A program made the translations under genes and the position numbers. 64,000 nt of DNA from Candidatus Hadarchaeota archaeon (lineage in GTDB: Archaea; CAYQAE01; CAYVLA01): NCBI GenBank assembly GCA_964621445.1, contig CAZUNO010000002.1, positions 96,001 through 160,000 of the forward strand, given 5' to 3'. Of the stretch, positions 48,293 through 58,341 are shown piece after piece (the first letter of the stretch is position 1; every line of letters starts with the position of its first letter). The notes under the pieces were generated by a model. That model was not told the DNA's origin, did no database searches, and saw nothing but the letters and a program-made list of their open reading frames with translations.

Positions 48293-49138
48293 TCACTCCA
48301 TCCCCATGAACCTCTTGGCATTCCTCTCAAATATCAGCTCGATGGCCCCCTCCGTGAATCCCAGGGACTTGACTGCCTCCACCATCTTTGCCATCTCTAT
48401 ACGTGGGAAGTTTGACCCAAACATAACCTGGTTCCTGAGGCTCCTCTCCAGCCAGGTTGTTGGTATCTGTTTATTGAAGGTGAACTGGATGAATTCCTTG
48501 GGGGTATCAAAGTAAAGACATGAGGTGTCGGCAAACAGATTTTCGTACTTCAATAGGAGGGCTGCGGTATCCTGAATCCAGGGCCACCCAAAATGGGCAA
48601 TGCAAATCTTCAGCTCAGGGTAACGGATCGCCGCCTCCTCAAGGAGCATGGGATGGCACTGCTTTAGACGGGTTCCAGGCTCGAAACTCATGCCGCTGTG
48701 CATCATTATCGGGATGCCTAGATCCTGAGCCTTCTCATATAATGGGAAAACCTCCTGGTCATCGGGGCTAAACTCCTGACTGCTGGGAGCCAGCTTTAGC
48801 CCTGCTAGGCCCAGGTCCTCTATGGCCATCTCCAGATCCTCGATAGCTGTGGGGGAATGGGGATCGACGCTGGCAAACCCTATGAAGCTACCATCGCCCA
48901 TCTCCACCAGCTCTGCAATCTGCTCATTAGTATGGATCTTTTCCCCTCGCGTGGTGGTGCAGTCTATGGGATGAATGACCGAGGTATCTATATCCGCCTC
49001 CTCCATGTGGAGGAGGAATGTCCTCAGGGGCTGTAGCCTATTGCCCAGGCCAAAAATTTCCCTGACCACCCTTTTCATCTCTTCGTCCTTTTCCATGATC
49101 TCCTTCACGAGAACCGGATGTGTGTGTACGTCAATCAA
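48293..49138 (-). CDS. Amidohydrolase family 2 protein
   Basis: IDVHTH, GLKL.P, MHSG, AHFGWP, DTS, FGSNFP. Confidence 0.88.
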   Translation of the reverse strand: MIDVHTHPVLVKEIMEKDEEMKRVVREIFGLGNRLQPLRTFLLHMEEADIDTSVIHPIDCTTTRGEKIHTNEQIAELVEMGDGSFIGFASVDPHSPTAIEDLEMAIEDLGLAGLKLAPSSQEFSPDDQEVFPLYEKAQDLGIPIMMHSGMSFEPGTRLKQCHPMLLEEAAIRYPELKICIAHFGWPWIQDTAALLLKYENLFADTSCLYFDTPKEFIQFTFNKQIPTTWLERSLRNQVMFGSNFPRIEMAKMVEAVKSLGFTEGAIELIFERNAKRFMGME

Positions 49139-49147
49139 GCTATCATC

Positions 49148-50431
49148 TCATTCTCCAATTCTAGGCACGACCTCGGCTGCCCCTTTTAGAGCCATCGCTT
49201 CCGCCGATTTCCCCGCATCCTCAAGGGCCCTGTCCACGGCCTCCTGGGGGCTAGGGGCATACTCGAAACCCAGATTCTCAACGTCCTTTCTGGGTATACC
49301 CACGGCGTAGACTATAACTCGCATCTTCTCTAGTATTTTTCCCACGTGAACCATGGCGGCAACCGAGCACAGATCCGTCAGCTCACCGGAATCCATTAAG
49401 GACAGCGCCTTAGAGGGGTAAAGGTACCCATGTTTTTCCAGTTCGGGATGTTCCTCCGAGATTCCCTCCCAACAAGGAGTGAGCATGACTATGGTTCCCC
49501 CTGGTTTAACCGCCAGTTCAGCGGCCTCCAATGCCTTTACCGCCTGCCACATGTCGATGTCAGCGGGGTGGGAATCAACGATGGCCACATCAACCTTGTG
49601 ATCTATTGGAACGTCGTATATCCTGTTACTGGTTTCCACTCCTTCCCGGTGGGCGGAAATGGGATGACCCGAAAAGAAGCCAAATGTCCTTGATTTACCG
49701 TCAAGTACCGTGTTTATTATCATGTCCAAGCCGGCCTTCTCGGATATCTCCTCTATTTCCCTTCTAACTGGATTCTCGGCAACTCCTAGTATTTCCTCAC
49801 TCTCAAATTTTCCGGCCATCAAATGGGTCAAACCCGTGGTCTGAGGCCCTCCCAGCCCTGGTTGAACGATCTTTCCTCCCCCGGTATAGCCTGCAACCCG
49901 ATGAGGAACTATGTTCCCCACCCCGATGCTCCAATCGGCCTCAAGTATCTTCTCGTTAACGGTAATAGGTATCCCAGAATCAGTGGTGCCCAGGTCCCGG
50001 AGTTTGGATTGATCCCTCCAGTAGTGGTTTGAAGTACTTATCTCCCTTACTGCCCTGGCACCAGCCTTAATCTCCATCTCCTCCCTGGTCATATATCTGT
50101 GTGTTCCCAGGGCAAAAAGAATCTCGATGTCCCCTTCCTTGATACCAGCCGTATCCAGTTCCCTTCTCAAACTGGGTATGACCCGCCGGGTAGGCGTTTG
50201 CCTGGTGATGTCATCTAGGATGATCAGCACCTTGTCCCCGCTACCAACCTGGGAAGGTATAGGCTCGGCCTGTATTGGCCCTGCAAGCGATTTCCGTAGC
50301 AGCTCTCCCTCCGAGCCAGGGGGATCTAAGTCCGGGGGAGAGTGGATTTCGACCAAATTGGAATCCGGAATTTGAACTCGAGTTATGCCCTTTCCGAGAT
50401 GGAAGTCTACGTCAGCCATGGGCAGGACCAA
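49148..50431 (-). CDS. larA: LarA family nickel-pincer racemase/epimerase
   Basis: DDITRQTP, ALGTHR, PHRVAGYTGGGK..PG, QAVK. Confidence 0.87.
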   Translation of the reverse strand: MVLPMADVDFHLGKGITRVQIPDSNLVEIHSPPDLDPPGSEGELLRKSLAGPIQAEPIPSQVGSGDKVLIILDDITRQTPTRRVIPSLRRELDTAGIKEGDIEILFALGTHRYMTREEMEIKAGARAVREISTSNHYWRDQSKLRDLGTTDSGIPITVNEKILEADWSIGVGNIVPHRVAGYTGGGKIVQPGLGGPQTTGLTHLMAGKFESEEILGVAENPVRREIEEISEKAGLDMIINTVLDGKSRTFGFFSGHPISAHREGVETSNRIYDVPIDHKVDVAIVDSHPADIDMWQAVKALEAAELAVKPGGTIVMLTPCWEGISEEHPELEKHGYLYPSKALSLMDSGELTDLCSVAAMVHVGKILEKMRVIVYAVGIPRKDVENLGFEYAPSPQEAVDRALEDAGKSAEAMALKGAAEVVPRIGE

Positions 50432-51547
50432 CTACATGGTTAGTATATCGGGTCGCTCCAGCTCTAGGCCCTCTATCTCATGGGTGACAGTTGGCCACTG
50501 GCCTGTTGAGGTCAGCACCACGGGCCCATCATCGGTTGCTATTATGGTGTCCTCGGTCTTGGTCCCTGTAATTGAGGGATTCCATGCGAAGGCCTGGTTT
50601 GCCCTCACCTTCTCAAGCGAGGAGAAAGTGGCAAGGAAATCCCTGGTTTGATATCCCGTGGGGCCTCCCTGGTGGTGAAGCCTCCATTCATCCTTATACC
50701 CCGACATTGTATATTCCTGAACCGCGGTATTCAGCAGCTGGGAGAGCTGGACGCCTTCCTTGGTGCCCGCGATCAGCGCCGCATCCACCTTGGTACATGC
50801 ATCGTGCTTCTTCCGTAGCTTTTCCGGGATCTGCCCAAAGTGAACTATTCTCGTCGCTGAGGCTATAAGACCCCATTTTCTGCCGCAGGTTACCAGCATG
50901 GCACAGTTCTGAAGCCTCTTGTCCGTGGGTATGGGATGGCGATACTTCTCGATCCGGTCATCGACAGCTATCAGTATCACTGCGGGAACTATTCCCTCTG
51001 AAAGTAAGTTTTTGGCCATCAGTGATCCTATCTCGTTTTCCGTCATCCCCGGCTCCAGTTCCCGGCATGATTTCTCGAGCATCGCCCCGGTTAGTTTACC
51101 GACCTGCCTGTATCTATCGATCTCCTCGGGGGTAAGGCTATAACGCAGGGGAGCGAAATCGTCATCCATCATCCGGGCTCCCTCGAAAGGCACATCAGTC
51201 CCAATATCCCCCGAACCCACAAGATCCCTAACCACTTCAAAGGTCCTATTATCGTGCCAAGGGACCTCCTTGATCTCAAATCCCTGGCCCTCGACCTCCT
51301 CATCTACCATGCGCACGGCCTCGATGCCGCGTGATACGATGAATTTCTCGGTCGGGGTCACCACCGCGGTGCCTACCCCTTTTCGGTTAGTTAACTCCAC
51401 GTGGTTATCGCCGCCGCAGGTGAGCCAAGCGAAGTTCTTGGAGGTCGTAAAACACATTGCCGCCAGATTCTCTTCATTCAAGAAACTGCGAACTTTTTTC
51501 TCCTTCTCCTGGACCTCTTTCATGGAAATTTCCAATCTAACACCCAT
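50432..51547 (-). CDS. M24 (pita-bread fold) hydrolase with atypical metal ligands
   Basis: NFAWLT.G, YRHP, HHQGG, WNPSITGTKTEDT. Confidence 0.8.
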   Translation of the reverse strand: MGVRLEISMKEVQEKEKKVRSFLNEENLAAMCFTTSKNFAWLTCGGDNHVELTNRKGVGTAVVTPTEKFIVSRGIEAVRMVDEEVEGQGFEIKEVPWHDNRTFEVVRDLVGSGDIGTDVPFEGARMMDDDFAPLRYSLTPEEIDRYRQVGKLTGAMLEKSCRELEPGMTENEIGSLMAKNLLSEGIVPAVILIAVDDRIEKYRHPIPTDKRLQNCAMLVTCGRKWGLIASATRIVHFGQIPEKLRKKHDACTKVDAALIAGTKEGVQLSQLLNTAVQEYTMSGYKDEWRLHHQGGPTGYQTRDFLATFSSLEKVRANQAFAWNPSITGTKTEDTIIATDDGPVVLTSTGQWPTVTHEIEGLELERPDILTM

Positions 51548-51622
51548 TGTATTCGATCAGATGATTCAACGCTTTGAAGCATGGAGGCCTGGAAATTGAT
51601 ATTAATGTTGCCCAATCAGCTC

Positions 51623-52357
51623 TCACTCTACAGGCTGGCCCGGGATACTATCATCGCCTTCCACTGCCTCATCGACCATCCTTGCTAGAAGGTAAAAGCA
51701 GAGTCCGGTAACCCCTATGGCCAATATCACCAGGAAAGTACCCATCACCGGTATGAATATGGCCACCGCTGCCGCCATGAGCAACGCTCCACCGCCGCGG
51801 AAAAGGTCGTGGTCGAACTCCTTACCTATTCTATAGAGCTCGTATCCCCCGGCTACGCTTCCCCCTAGCTGCATAATCACGTTTAGAACGCCGGCCAGGC
51901 CCAGGACCATCAGCGATCCAGGGATCGAGGTCATGGCTTCCTGGCTCTCCGCGTTCTGGAGGAACTCGATCAATTCCTCCATTGCGCCTGGCAGAACCAG
52001 GTAGCTAACTAGTGTGACTATTCCCAGGATGAGGAAGCAGATGAAGGCTATCAGACCCAGGCTTCTGTCCGTCATCCGCCACAATCCAACGAATCCTAGC
52101 GAAAAGAAAGCATATCCCGCCATCTGGACCCCCGCATAGGGCATTCCCACATCCACGTTCCTTCGGATATCGGGAAGGGCATCCGAAAGCTCGTCGGCCA
52201 TCTGGCTCAGGTTCTGTCCGCTTGTGAAGGCGGTCGAGAGATTTGCCGAACCCATTCCAACATTGGCCGCCGTACTCTGGAGACCCAAACTGCCGAGGAG
52301 TGCTAAAAGGGAGCCAATTGCCCCAATATATAGAAAGGTCGTCTTCTTCATTGCCAT
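51623..52357 (-). CDS. Integral membrane protein
   Basis: Several hydrophobic helices; last gene of the ABC-2 operon. Confidence 0.65.
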   Translation of the reverse strand: MAMKKTTFLYIGAIGSLLALLGSLGLQSTAANVGMGSANLSTAFTSGQNLSQMADELSDALPDIRRNVDVGMPYAGVQMAGYAFFSLGFVGLWRMTDRSLGLIAFICFLILGIVTLVSYLVLPGAMEELIEFLQNAESQEAMTSIPGSLMVLGLAGVLNVIMQLGGSVAGGYELYRIGKEFDHDLFRGGGALLMAAAVAIFIPVMGTFLVILAIGVTGLCFYLLARMVDEAVEGDDSIPGQPVE

Positions 52358-52360
52358 CAG

Positions 52361-53008
52361 CTAATTTTCCTTTGATTTCTCATCACTCTTAAGCTTCTTC
52401 ATCCACGCAGGCTCTCCACGACGTCTCTTCCTGGTCTCATTGCGGCGGAACCACCTAACCGCGATACCAATTGCTAGAGGGATGAAGGGCATGCCCACCA
52501 GAGTGGCGTAAGCCTTATCGCTTAAACCAGGTATGACCCGTATCCTCGGGCCTGATATGATGTCTCCTCCTTCAGCGAAAGCTGACCTGTCGCCCATGGT
52601 GTAGTTTCCCCTCACCTTCAACATGTAATAACCTCTCTCGGGTATCCTTATCCTGAATAGGCCCCCTCTCAAGGTTGGACCACGCAAAAGATCCCAGGTC
52701 GTGTTTTCCGCGTCAACTATCCAATCCGGGTTAAAAGCCACGTATGTGTCGTTTGCATCGTCGAACATGAGAACACGAACTCTGATGTTCTCCACCGTTA
52801 GATTCGTGATCTGTAATTTGAAGCCTAGAACAAATTCCTGGTTAAGTTCAAATTTTGGTCCAAGCCCCGCCCCGGTCTCAGGAGAGGTTATGGATATGGA
52901 TACAGGACCCGTTGCCCCGCCAAATTCGCCAGTCTCAGGTCCAACCCTGACCTGCGCCGCTACTCCGGTAAAGGCAATGATCAGTATAAGTAGGCCAAGC
53001 TTCCTCAA
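52361..53008 (-). CDS. Secreted/membrane-anchored beta-rich protein
   Basis: Signal peptide, beta-rich core, C-terminal TM and basic tail. Confidence 0.65.
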   Translation of the reverse strand: MRKLGLLILIIAFTGVAAQVRVGPETGEFGGATGPVSISITSPETGAGLGPKFELNQEFVLGFKLQITNLTVENIRVRVLMFDDANDTYVAFNPDWIVDAENTTWDLLRGPTLRGGLFRIRIPERGYYMLKVRGNYTMGDRSAFAEGGDIISGPRIRVIPGLSDKAYATLVGMPFIPLAIGIAVRWFRRNETRKRRRGEPAWMKKLKSDEKSKEN

Positions 53009-53009
53009 T

Positions 53010-53810
53010 TTATTCTCCCTCCCGCAGGCCCAACACGCAGATGGCGCCCATGATGAAAATTAGGACGTACAATAGAAGTCCAAGAACTCCCAACCAGAGG
53101 TCCGTTCCCTGTTCGAAAACCTGATCCGTTATCATTATGCCGTATCGTATGACCGACAGGTTCCTAAAGGCGTCAAGTATGTCCATGACGGCCTCAAATT
53201 CGGAGAATATACCCCTGGCAACGGATAGGGCCATGAACCCGAAGACCACGGCCAGGCTACCCAAAGCCGACGACTTAACCGTGGAACTAAGGCTGGATAT
53301 GAAGATCGATAAGGCGCTCACAGCTCCAACCACCAGGAAGGTAGAGCCAAACCCCAGCAAAAGGTCGCCCCATTTTACGCTCCCTACCAAGTCCTTGCCG
53401 CCCAGGATGAAGTAGAGGCCGCTGGCTGCAAGTATTCCGAGCCATAAAACCAGTATGGAGAGGTACTTGCCGACGACTATGGAGGAAGCCGACACCGGAG
53501 AGGACCTGATAAGCGGCAGCGTCCTCATTGATCTCTCGGTGACGATCGAGTCCATCGAGAATGCCACGGCGAAGAACAGCCCCAAAAGTGACAACAGGCT
53601 AACCACCATCTGGACTATGGGGCCGGTTCCCATGGGGATTTCGGTTTGGATCCACATGAAAAAGCTAATTCCAACGAAGGATATGGTGGCCATCAAGTAG
53701 GCTCTGAGACTTAGTAATTGGTCTCTGAGTTCCTTCTCCATGATTATGAAAATCGAGGTGATGTCGCTGAACCCGTTGACGATTCTCCTCCTCGACATGG
53801 ACCAAGACAT
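53010..53810 (-). CDS. ABC-2 type exporter permease
   Basis: KELRD, SIVTERSMRTL.LI.SSP, IVVGKY; about 6 TM segments. Confidence 0.88.
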   Translation of the reverse strand: MSWSMSRRRIVNGFSDITSIFIIMEKELRDQLLSLRAYLMATISFVGISFFMWIQTEIPMGTGPIVQMVVSLLSLLGLFFAVAFSMDSIVTERSMRTLPLIRSSPVSASSIVVGKYLSILVLWLGILAASGLYFILGGKDLVGSVKWGDLLLGFGSTFLVVGAVSALSIFISSLSSTVKSSALGSLAVVFGFMALSVARGIFSEFEAVMDILDAFRNLSVIRYGIMITDQVFEQGTDLWLGVLGLLLYVLIFIMGAICVLGLREGE

Positions 53811-53816
53811 GTACCT

Positions 53817-54749
53817 TCACCTTGTGTAACTCATGAATACGTCCTCCAGGGTTGGCTCCCTGAGATCCATTGACAGGAGGCCTCCACCAGCCTCTACCAA
53901 TACCCTGGCCAACTCGGGCCTCTTCTCCAGCGAGGTGTTGGCCTTCACCTTCATCCTCCCCACCTCCGACATGGTGACTTCCTGGACCCAGGATAAGGAA
54001 TTAACCTCGTCTCGAATGACATCCATCGGGGTATCCAATGACAACCTCACGTCTATCACATTAGTCACCCTAACTCCCTCACGAAGATTATCAGGGGTAT
54101 CCAGGGCCACCAGATTGCCTTCATTGATTATGCCGACCTGGTCGCATACCATCTCCACTTCAGGTAGGATATGCGTGCATAGGAATATCGTCCTACCGCT
54201 CTCGCCCAGATCCAATATCAGGTTTCTTACCTCCCTGGTGCCTCTGGGATCGAGCCCTGAGGTCGGCTCGTCTAGTATGAGCAAATTGGGGTCATGTAGA
54301 AGGGTCCGGGCGATATTCAGACGCTGCCTCATTCCCAGGGAGAATGATCTCAATATGAGATCCTTCTCCTCATACAGACTCACTCTCTTAAGGGCCTCCT
54401 TTATCCGTTCCTCGGCATTTCCAATCCTGAAAAGCTTTGAAAAGTAGGTTAGGAATTCCTTGGGGGTCATCTCAGGATAGAATCCAGGTGACTCGGGAAG
54501 ATAACCAACCGTCCTCTTCACCGCCATGTAATCGGAAATAATGTCATGCCCCCAAACGAAAGCTGTACCTGAGGTGGGGCGAATTAAACAGGTCAGCATC
54601 CTTATGGTGGTCGTCTTGCCTGCCCCGTTCGGACCCAGGAGCCCGAAAACCTTACCCTTCTCGACCTCTATATTCATGTCATTTACGGCCCTAAAACCGT
54701 CGAACTCCCTGCTTAACCCCCTGCATTTTACTGCGAGATCGTTATTCAA
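53817..54749 (-). CDS. ABC-2 type exporter ATP-binding protein
   Basis: GPNGAGKTT, FSLGMRQR, LILDEPTSGLDP, PTLEDVF. Confidence 0.95.
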   Translation of the reverse strand: MNNDLAVKCRGLSREFDGFRAVNDMNIEVEKGKVFGLLGPNGAGKTTTIRMLTCLIRPTSGTAFVWGHDIISDYMAVKRTVGYLPESPGFYPEMTPKEFLTYFSKLFRIGNAEERIKEALKRVSLYEEKDLILRSFSLGMRQRLNIARTLLHDPNLLILDEPTSGLDPRGTREVRNLILDLGESGRTIFLCTHILPEVEMVCDQVGIINEGNLVALDTPDNLREGVRVTNVIDVRLSLDTPMDVIRDEVNSLSWVQEVTMSEVGRMKVKANTSLEKRPELARVLVEAGGGLLSMDLREPTLEDVFMSYTR

Positions 54750-54894
54750 CCCTTATCTCTCCCCCAGGTGAACTTCTTATGTGATTGAATAGGCGTTAAC
54801 CGGGCCCAGACATATAAATAGGCCATAGCTTTATCACATAGAGAGCTATAGCCCAAAAAAGTTTAATACATTTTCGGCAGAGGCATAGCAGGAA

Positions 54895-55323
54895 GTGTTA
54901 AACTTGTCACAGCAAAAAACGGGATCAATGCCTAAGAAATGGATAATAATAGCCACCGTGGCCATCGTTGCGGTTCTGGTCGTCGTTCTTGTCCTTACCT
55001 ATGAACCGCCTGATATCTCGATGAGCATAGATGATGTTGAGAGGGCCAGCGATGGAACGGTCAATCTCACCTTAACCTACACTACAAAGGATGTCAACAT
55101 CACCGGGCAGGACTATCGGGTAAGGATTGTAGGTAGGAGAACCCTGGAGACCACGGAGGAGAAGAAGCAGCTAGTTGAACGTCCTCTCCCTGATATTGGG
55201 CCAGAATCCTCCCAGTCCCAGTCCTTTTCCCTGGAGGCCAAGGGATTCACCGACGTTACCGTCGAGATATGGAAGGGGAATAACAGGGTCCTGCTTAAAA
55301 CCCAAAGGCTGCCAATGACCTAA
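54895..55323 (+). CDS. Membrane-anchored hypothetical protein (Ig-like)
   Basis: N-terminal TM helix followed by a beta-rich domain. Confidence 0.6.
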   Translation: MLNLSQQKTGSMPKKWIIIATVAIVAVLVVVLVLTYEPPDISMSIDDVERASDGTVNLTLTYTTKDVNITGQDYRVRIVGRRTLETTEEKKQLVERPLPDIGPESSQSQSFSLEAKGFTDVTVEIWKGNNRVLLKTQRLPMT

Positions 55324-55564
55324 GCAGCTAATTCTAGGTTCGCCCGGAGAGAGCGATGAGGACGTACTAGCCACCATAGAACCCACAGACGATCTCTCAG
55401 ATATACCGATCCGGGGCCTTTCCCCTTTTCTTCGTTGCCATGGGAAACCTGATAGACGAAATGAGCTTCAATAAGGGAGATCTAAACGGTATCTACAGGG
55501 AACTGGTCATCCGGTCATGGGAACATAACCTAAAGTCTTTCCCTATCTGATTGAGTACGGTAGC

Positions 55565-55765
55565 ATGGTAAATCCCTTATGGAAAAAAGGAGTTCGAAAA
55601 ACATACAAAATCCCTCAAGTGGAACTGATGATATCCACCCGCGTGGATAGGACCTACTACGCAATGCAGCTGGGTTCTCTCATAATTCTGCCCCTGCTGG
55701 TATTCGCAATAGGAGGGGTATCGGGCATCCTGATCATGGGGCCCCTGCTCCTTCTCGGTCTGTAG
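55565..55765 (+). CDS. Small membrane protein
   Basis: 66-aa ATG ORF with a long C-terminal hydrophobic stretch. Confidence 0.4.
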   Translation: MVNPLWKKGVRKTYKIPQVELMISTRVDRTYYAMQLGSLIILPLLVFAIGGVSGILIMGPLLLLGL

Positions 55766-55830
55766 ATCGGAATATCACTTCTCGACTATATCCTTATCCA
55801 GGTAGGGTCCGACTGGCTATCTAAGGGGCT

Positions 55831-56976
55831 TTAGAGCTCTCTATGGAAAGTGGATATGCTCTCCCCGCCCATTTCACCATCGAGCACGATGTCCTCAATA
55901 CGCATTCCACCGATGCTTTTCTTTGATATACCCGGTTCCACGCTGTGAAGGTAGTTCTCGTGAAGAATGTCATGAGAGCCCGGTTTGATGAAAGGGGGCT
56001 CGTGGCAAGCTACCCCGATACCATGACCAAGGAATGCCGGGAAGTAATCACCGTAACCGCCCTCCCCTATGACCTCGCGTGCTCTTCCGTCAAGCTCTAT
56101 TGAATCGATCCCATCCCGTATGGCCTCGATTGCCGCCTGTTCAGCTTCAAGTAAGAGGTCCCAGACCTCCTCCTGCTCCTGGCTTGGACTGCCGGCCACC
56201 CAGGTCCTCGTAAGGTCGCACCAGTAACCGTCCACGCAGGTATTCAGCTCGATGAGAACGGCATCGCCGTCCTTCATCCTTCTGGACGAGCAGATATTAT
56301 AGGGCCTGGGGGCCTTGTAGGACTGTGGGCCTGACATGACAAAGGCAAAACCACGGGCGTGTTGGGCCTTTCCCTTGAAACCAAAGCCCTCCTCGTATAT
56401 CTTCGCCTCGCAGGCTGCGGCGACCTCCGTCTCCTTGGTCCCCGGCTCAACCCTCTCGTAGGCCTCCTCGAGACCCTGTGAACAGAGACCAGCGGCCAAT
56501 CTCATGGCCTCTATCTCGCTCTCGGTTTTCTCCTTTCTCATCTCCAGGATCAGATCGGTGGCATCCACCAGCTTGGAGTTCCCGAGAGAGGACTTCAGGA
56601 AATCGAGATGTTGAAAGCCGACATGGGAGTTCTCCACCCCAATCACGTTTCCTGCGATGGTCTCGAATGAACCCTCATACCCCACGGTTCCCCCAACATC
56701 CAGTGATTTAAGAAGGGACCCGGCCTCTTCGTAGGGCTCACCCTCATATATCCTGATATCCGGAGCCCATGCTCTTTCCGTGAACTCCACCTCGTACTCG
56801 GGAGCTAACAATACGATATCCCCTTCGGCGGGGACTATGGAAAAGGACCAGCCTCTTATCGGCCAGTATCCTGAAAAGAAAGTCACGTTCTCCGAGTTCC
56901 TACAGACAAGAAAGTCAATTTCATCTTCCCGTAACATGGACTGTATCCTTTTTACCTTCTCGGTTTCTAGTTGCAT
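55831..56976 (-). CDS. Xaa-Pro peptidase (M24) family protein
   Basis: GYWCDLTRT, GHGIG..HEPP, VEPG, GGMRIED. Confidence 0.9.
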   Translation of the reverse strand: MQLETEKVKRIQSMLREDEIDFLVCRNSENVTFFSGYWPIRGWSFSIVPAEGDIVLLAPEYEVEFTERAWAPDIRIYEGEPYEEAGSLLKSLDVGGTVGYEGSFETIAGNVIGVENSHVGFQHLDFLKSSLGNSKLVDATDLILEMRKEKTESEIEAMRLAAGLCSQGLEEAYERVEPGTKETEVAAACEAKIYEEGFGFKGKAQHARGFAFVMSGPQSYKAPRPYNICSSRRMKDGDAVLIELNTCVDGYWCDLTRTWVAGSPSQEQEEVWDLLLEAEQAAIEAIRDGIDSIELDGRAREVIGEGGYGDYFPAFLGHGIGVACHEPPFIKPGSHDILHENYLHSVEPGISKKSIGGMRIEDIVLDGEMGGESISTFHREL

Positions 56977-57030
56977 GGCTATCCCAAATCCGGGCCTTCA
57001 TACTCAGTTATAAATGGGTCCGCATTCGTT

Positions 57031-57231
57031 CTATGCTATATAATCGGGGCTGGGGCCATCCAGGTCGTATTTCTCAAGACATTTCCTGCACACGCCCATG
57101 TCCATGTCAAAACATTTCATGCAAACCACCTTCCGGCAGCTTTCACATCTTCGGACCTGTCCTTCCTTTAGCCTTGATCCACATATCGGGCAGTTGGAAC
57201 CCCTTTTCCTCTTTCTTACAGCGGGTGACAT
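57031..57231 (-). CDS. Small 8-cysteine zinc-finger protein
   Basis: Four CxxC pairs (CPIC, CESC, CMKC, CRKC) with its own TTTATA promoter-like context. Confidence 0.6.
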   Translation of the reverse strand: MSPAVRKRKRGSNCPICGSRLKEGQVRRCESCRKVVCMKCFDMDMGVCRKCLEKYDLDGPSPDYIA

Positions 57232-57270
57232 CTAACCGTGATTATACCCCGTAACCAAAAAGCGTTACTA

Positions 57271-58341
57271 CTATCTGGGGAACTTGCCGTATTTTTTCAG
57301 GGCATTGAACATGGATTGAACGTTCCTTATGGGAACTATTTCCTCTATCTCGCTGCTGGACCCCAGCACATATCCGCCTCCAGGCCCGGCATCGCTTATC
57401 CTGTCTGCTACCTCCTGGGCCACATCGGACACAGTGCCAAGGGGAAGGGTATCGGAACAGTCAATATTACCGAATAGGACAACCCGGTCGCCAATCTTCT
57501 CCTTGACCTTGATCATCTCCATTCCGCAGAAGGGCTCAAGGGGATGTATGCCGGAAATGCCGCAATCCAGGAGATCATCCAATATTGGCCAGAGGTCACC
57601 GTCAGAGTGAAATACGTACTTTATATCATGCTTCCGGAAGGCCCTTACGATCCTCTTCAGGTAGGGAAAGAACATCTTCCTTAGAAGTTCCGGGCGGAGG
57701 AAGGTCCCGTGGTCCGTGCACACGTCCTCCCCGCCAAATACCACCGGTGCTATTTCCTTTTCAGCACATATCTTGGCAAACTTGACATGGGCCTCCCCCA
57801 GGTTCTCTATGTCCCTCTCGACCCGGCGTCTCTCTGAATAGAGAACCTTTGAGAAAAGCATTAGACCCAGACGGTTCTGGGCATAGGCACCTATCCCCGG
57901 AACCCAGTTGCCGTTGTGGTACAGGTAATAGACGGGGTCGATAAGTTCCTGAGTTTCCCGGTAATGTCGACAGGCGTGTTCAGCCATGCGAGCAATCTGG
58001 TCCTCATCCACCTTCTCAATTGGATTCTGGAGAAAATCCTCAACGCTTCTTATCTCTCTTTGAACTATCCATGTGGTGTAGGAATATCTCTTCCGCACTT
58101 TTCCCCCTTCTTCCTCCTCCACCACCCCATCTGGTGAGGCACCCTCTGTACTCATTACAAAGCGCAGGGCATCTATGCCCAGCTCCAAACATACCTTGCG
58201 CCCCGCGAGCATGAGGTCCTTATCACTTAACTCTCCCGCGTAATGCCTTAGCAAGGAGCTGGAGGAGATATTATCATGGGTTGCTACCCGGTCCGTCTCC
58301 TCATGGTTCATTGCTTTCAGGAATCTATCCTTGGGTTTCAT
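57271..58341 (-). CDS. Uroporphyrinogen decarboxylase (UroD/MetE-like) family protein
   Basis: MKPKDRFLKAMNHEETDR, FHSDG, HPLEP, GNID, GGGYVLGSS. Confidence 0.85.
   Translation of the reverse strand: MKPKDRFLKAMNHEETDRVATHDNISSSSLLRHYAGELSDKDLMLAGRKVCLELGIDALRFVMSTEGASPDGVVEEEEGGKVRKRYSYTTWIVQREIRSVEDFLQNPIEKVDEDQIARMAEHACRHYRETQELIDPVYYLYHNGNWVPGIGAYAQNRLGLMLFSKVLYSERRRVERDIENLGEAHVKFAKICAEKEIAPVVFGGEDVCTDHGTFLRPELLRKMFFPYLKRIVRAFRKHDIKYVFHSDGDLWPILDDLLDCGISGIHPLEPFCGMEMIKVKEKIGDRVVLFGNIDCSDTLPLGTVSDVAQEVADRISDAGPGGGYVLGSSSEIEEIVPIRNVQSMFNALKKYGKFPR

Noticed and set aside
55330-55560. Possible C/D-box sRNA or gene remnant (GATGAG...CTGA; short ORF MGNLIDEM...)
   Set aside because: Box C is imperfect, spacing is unconvincing and the fragments have no recognisable homology
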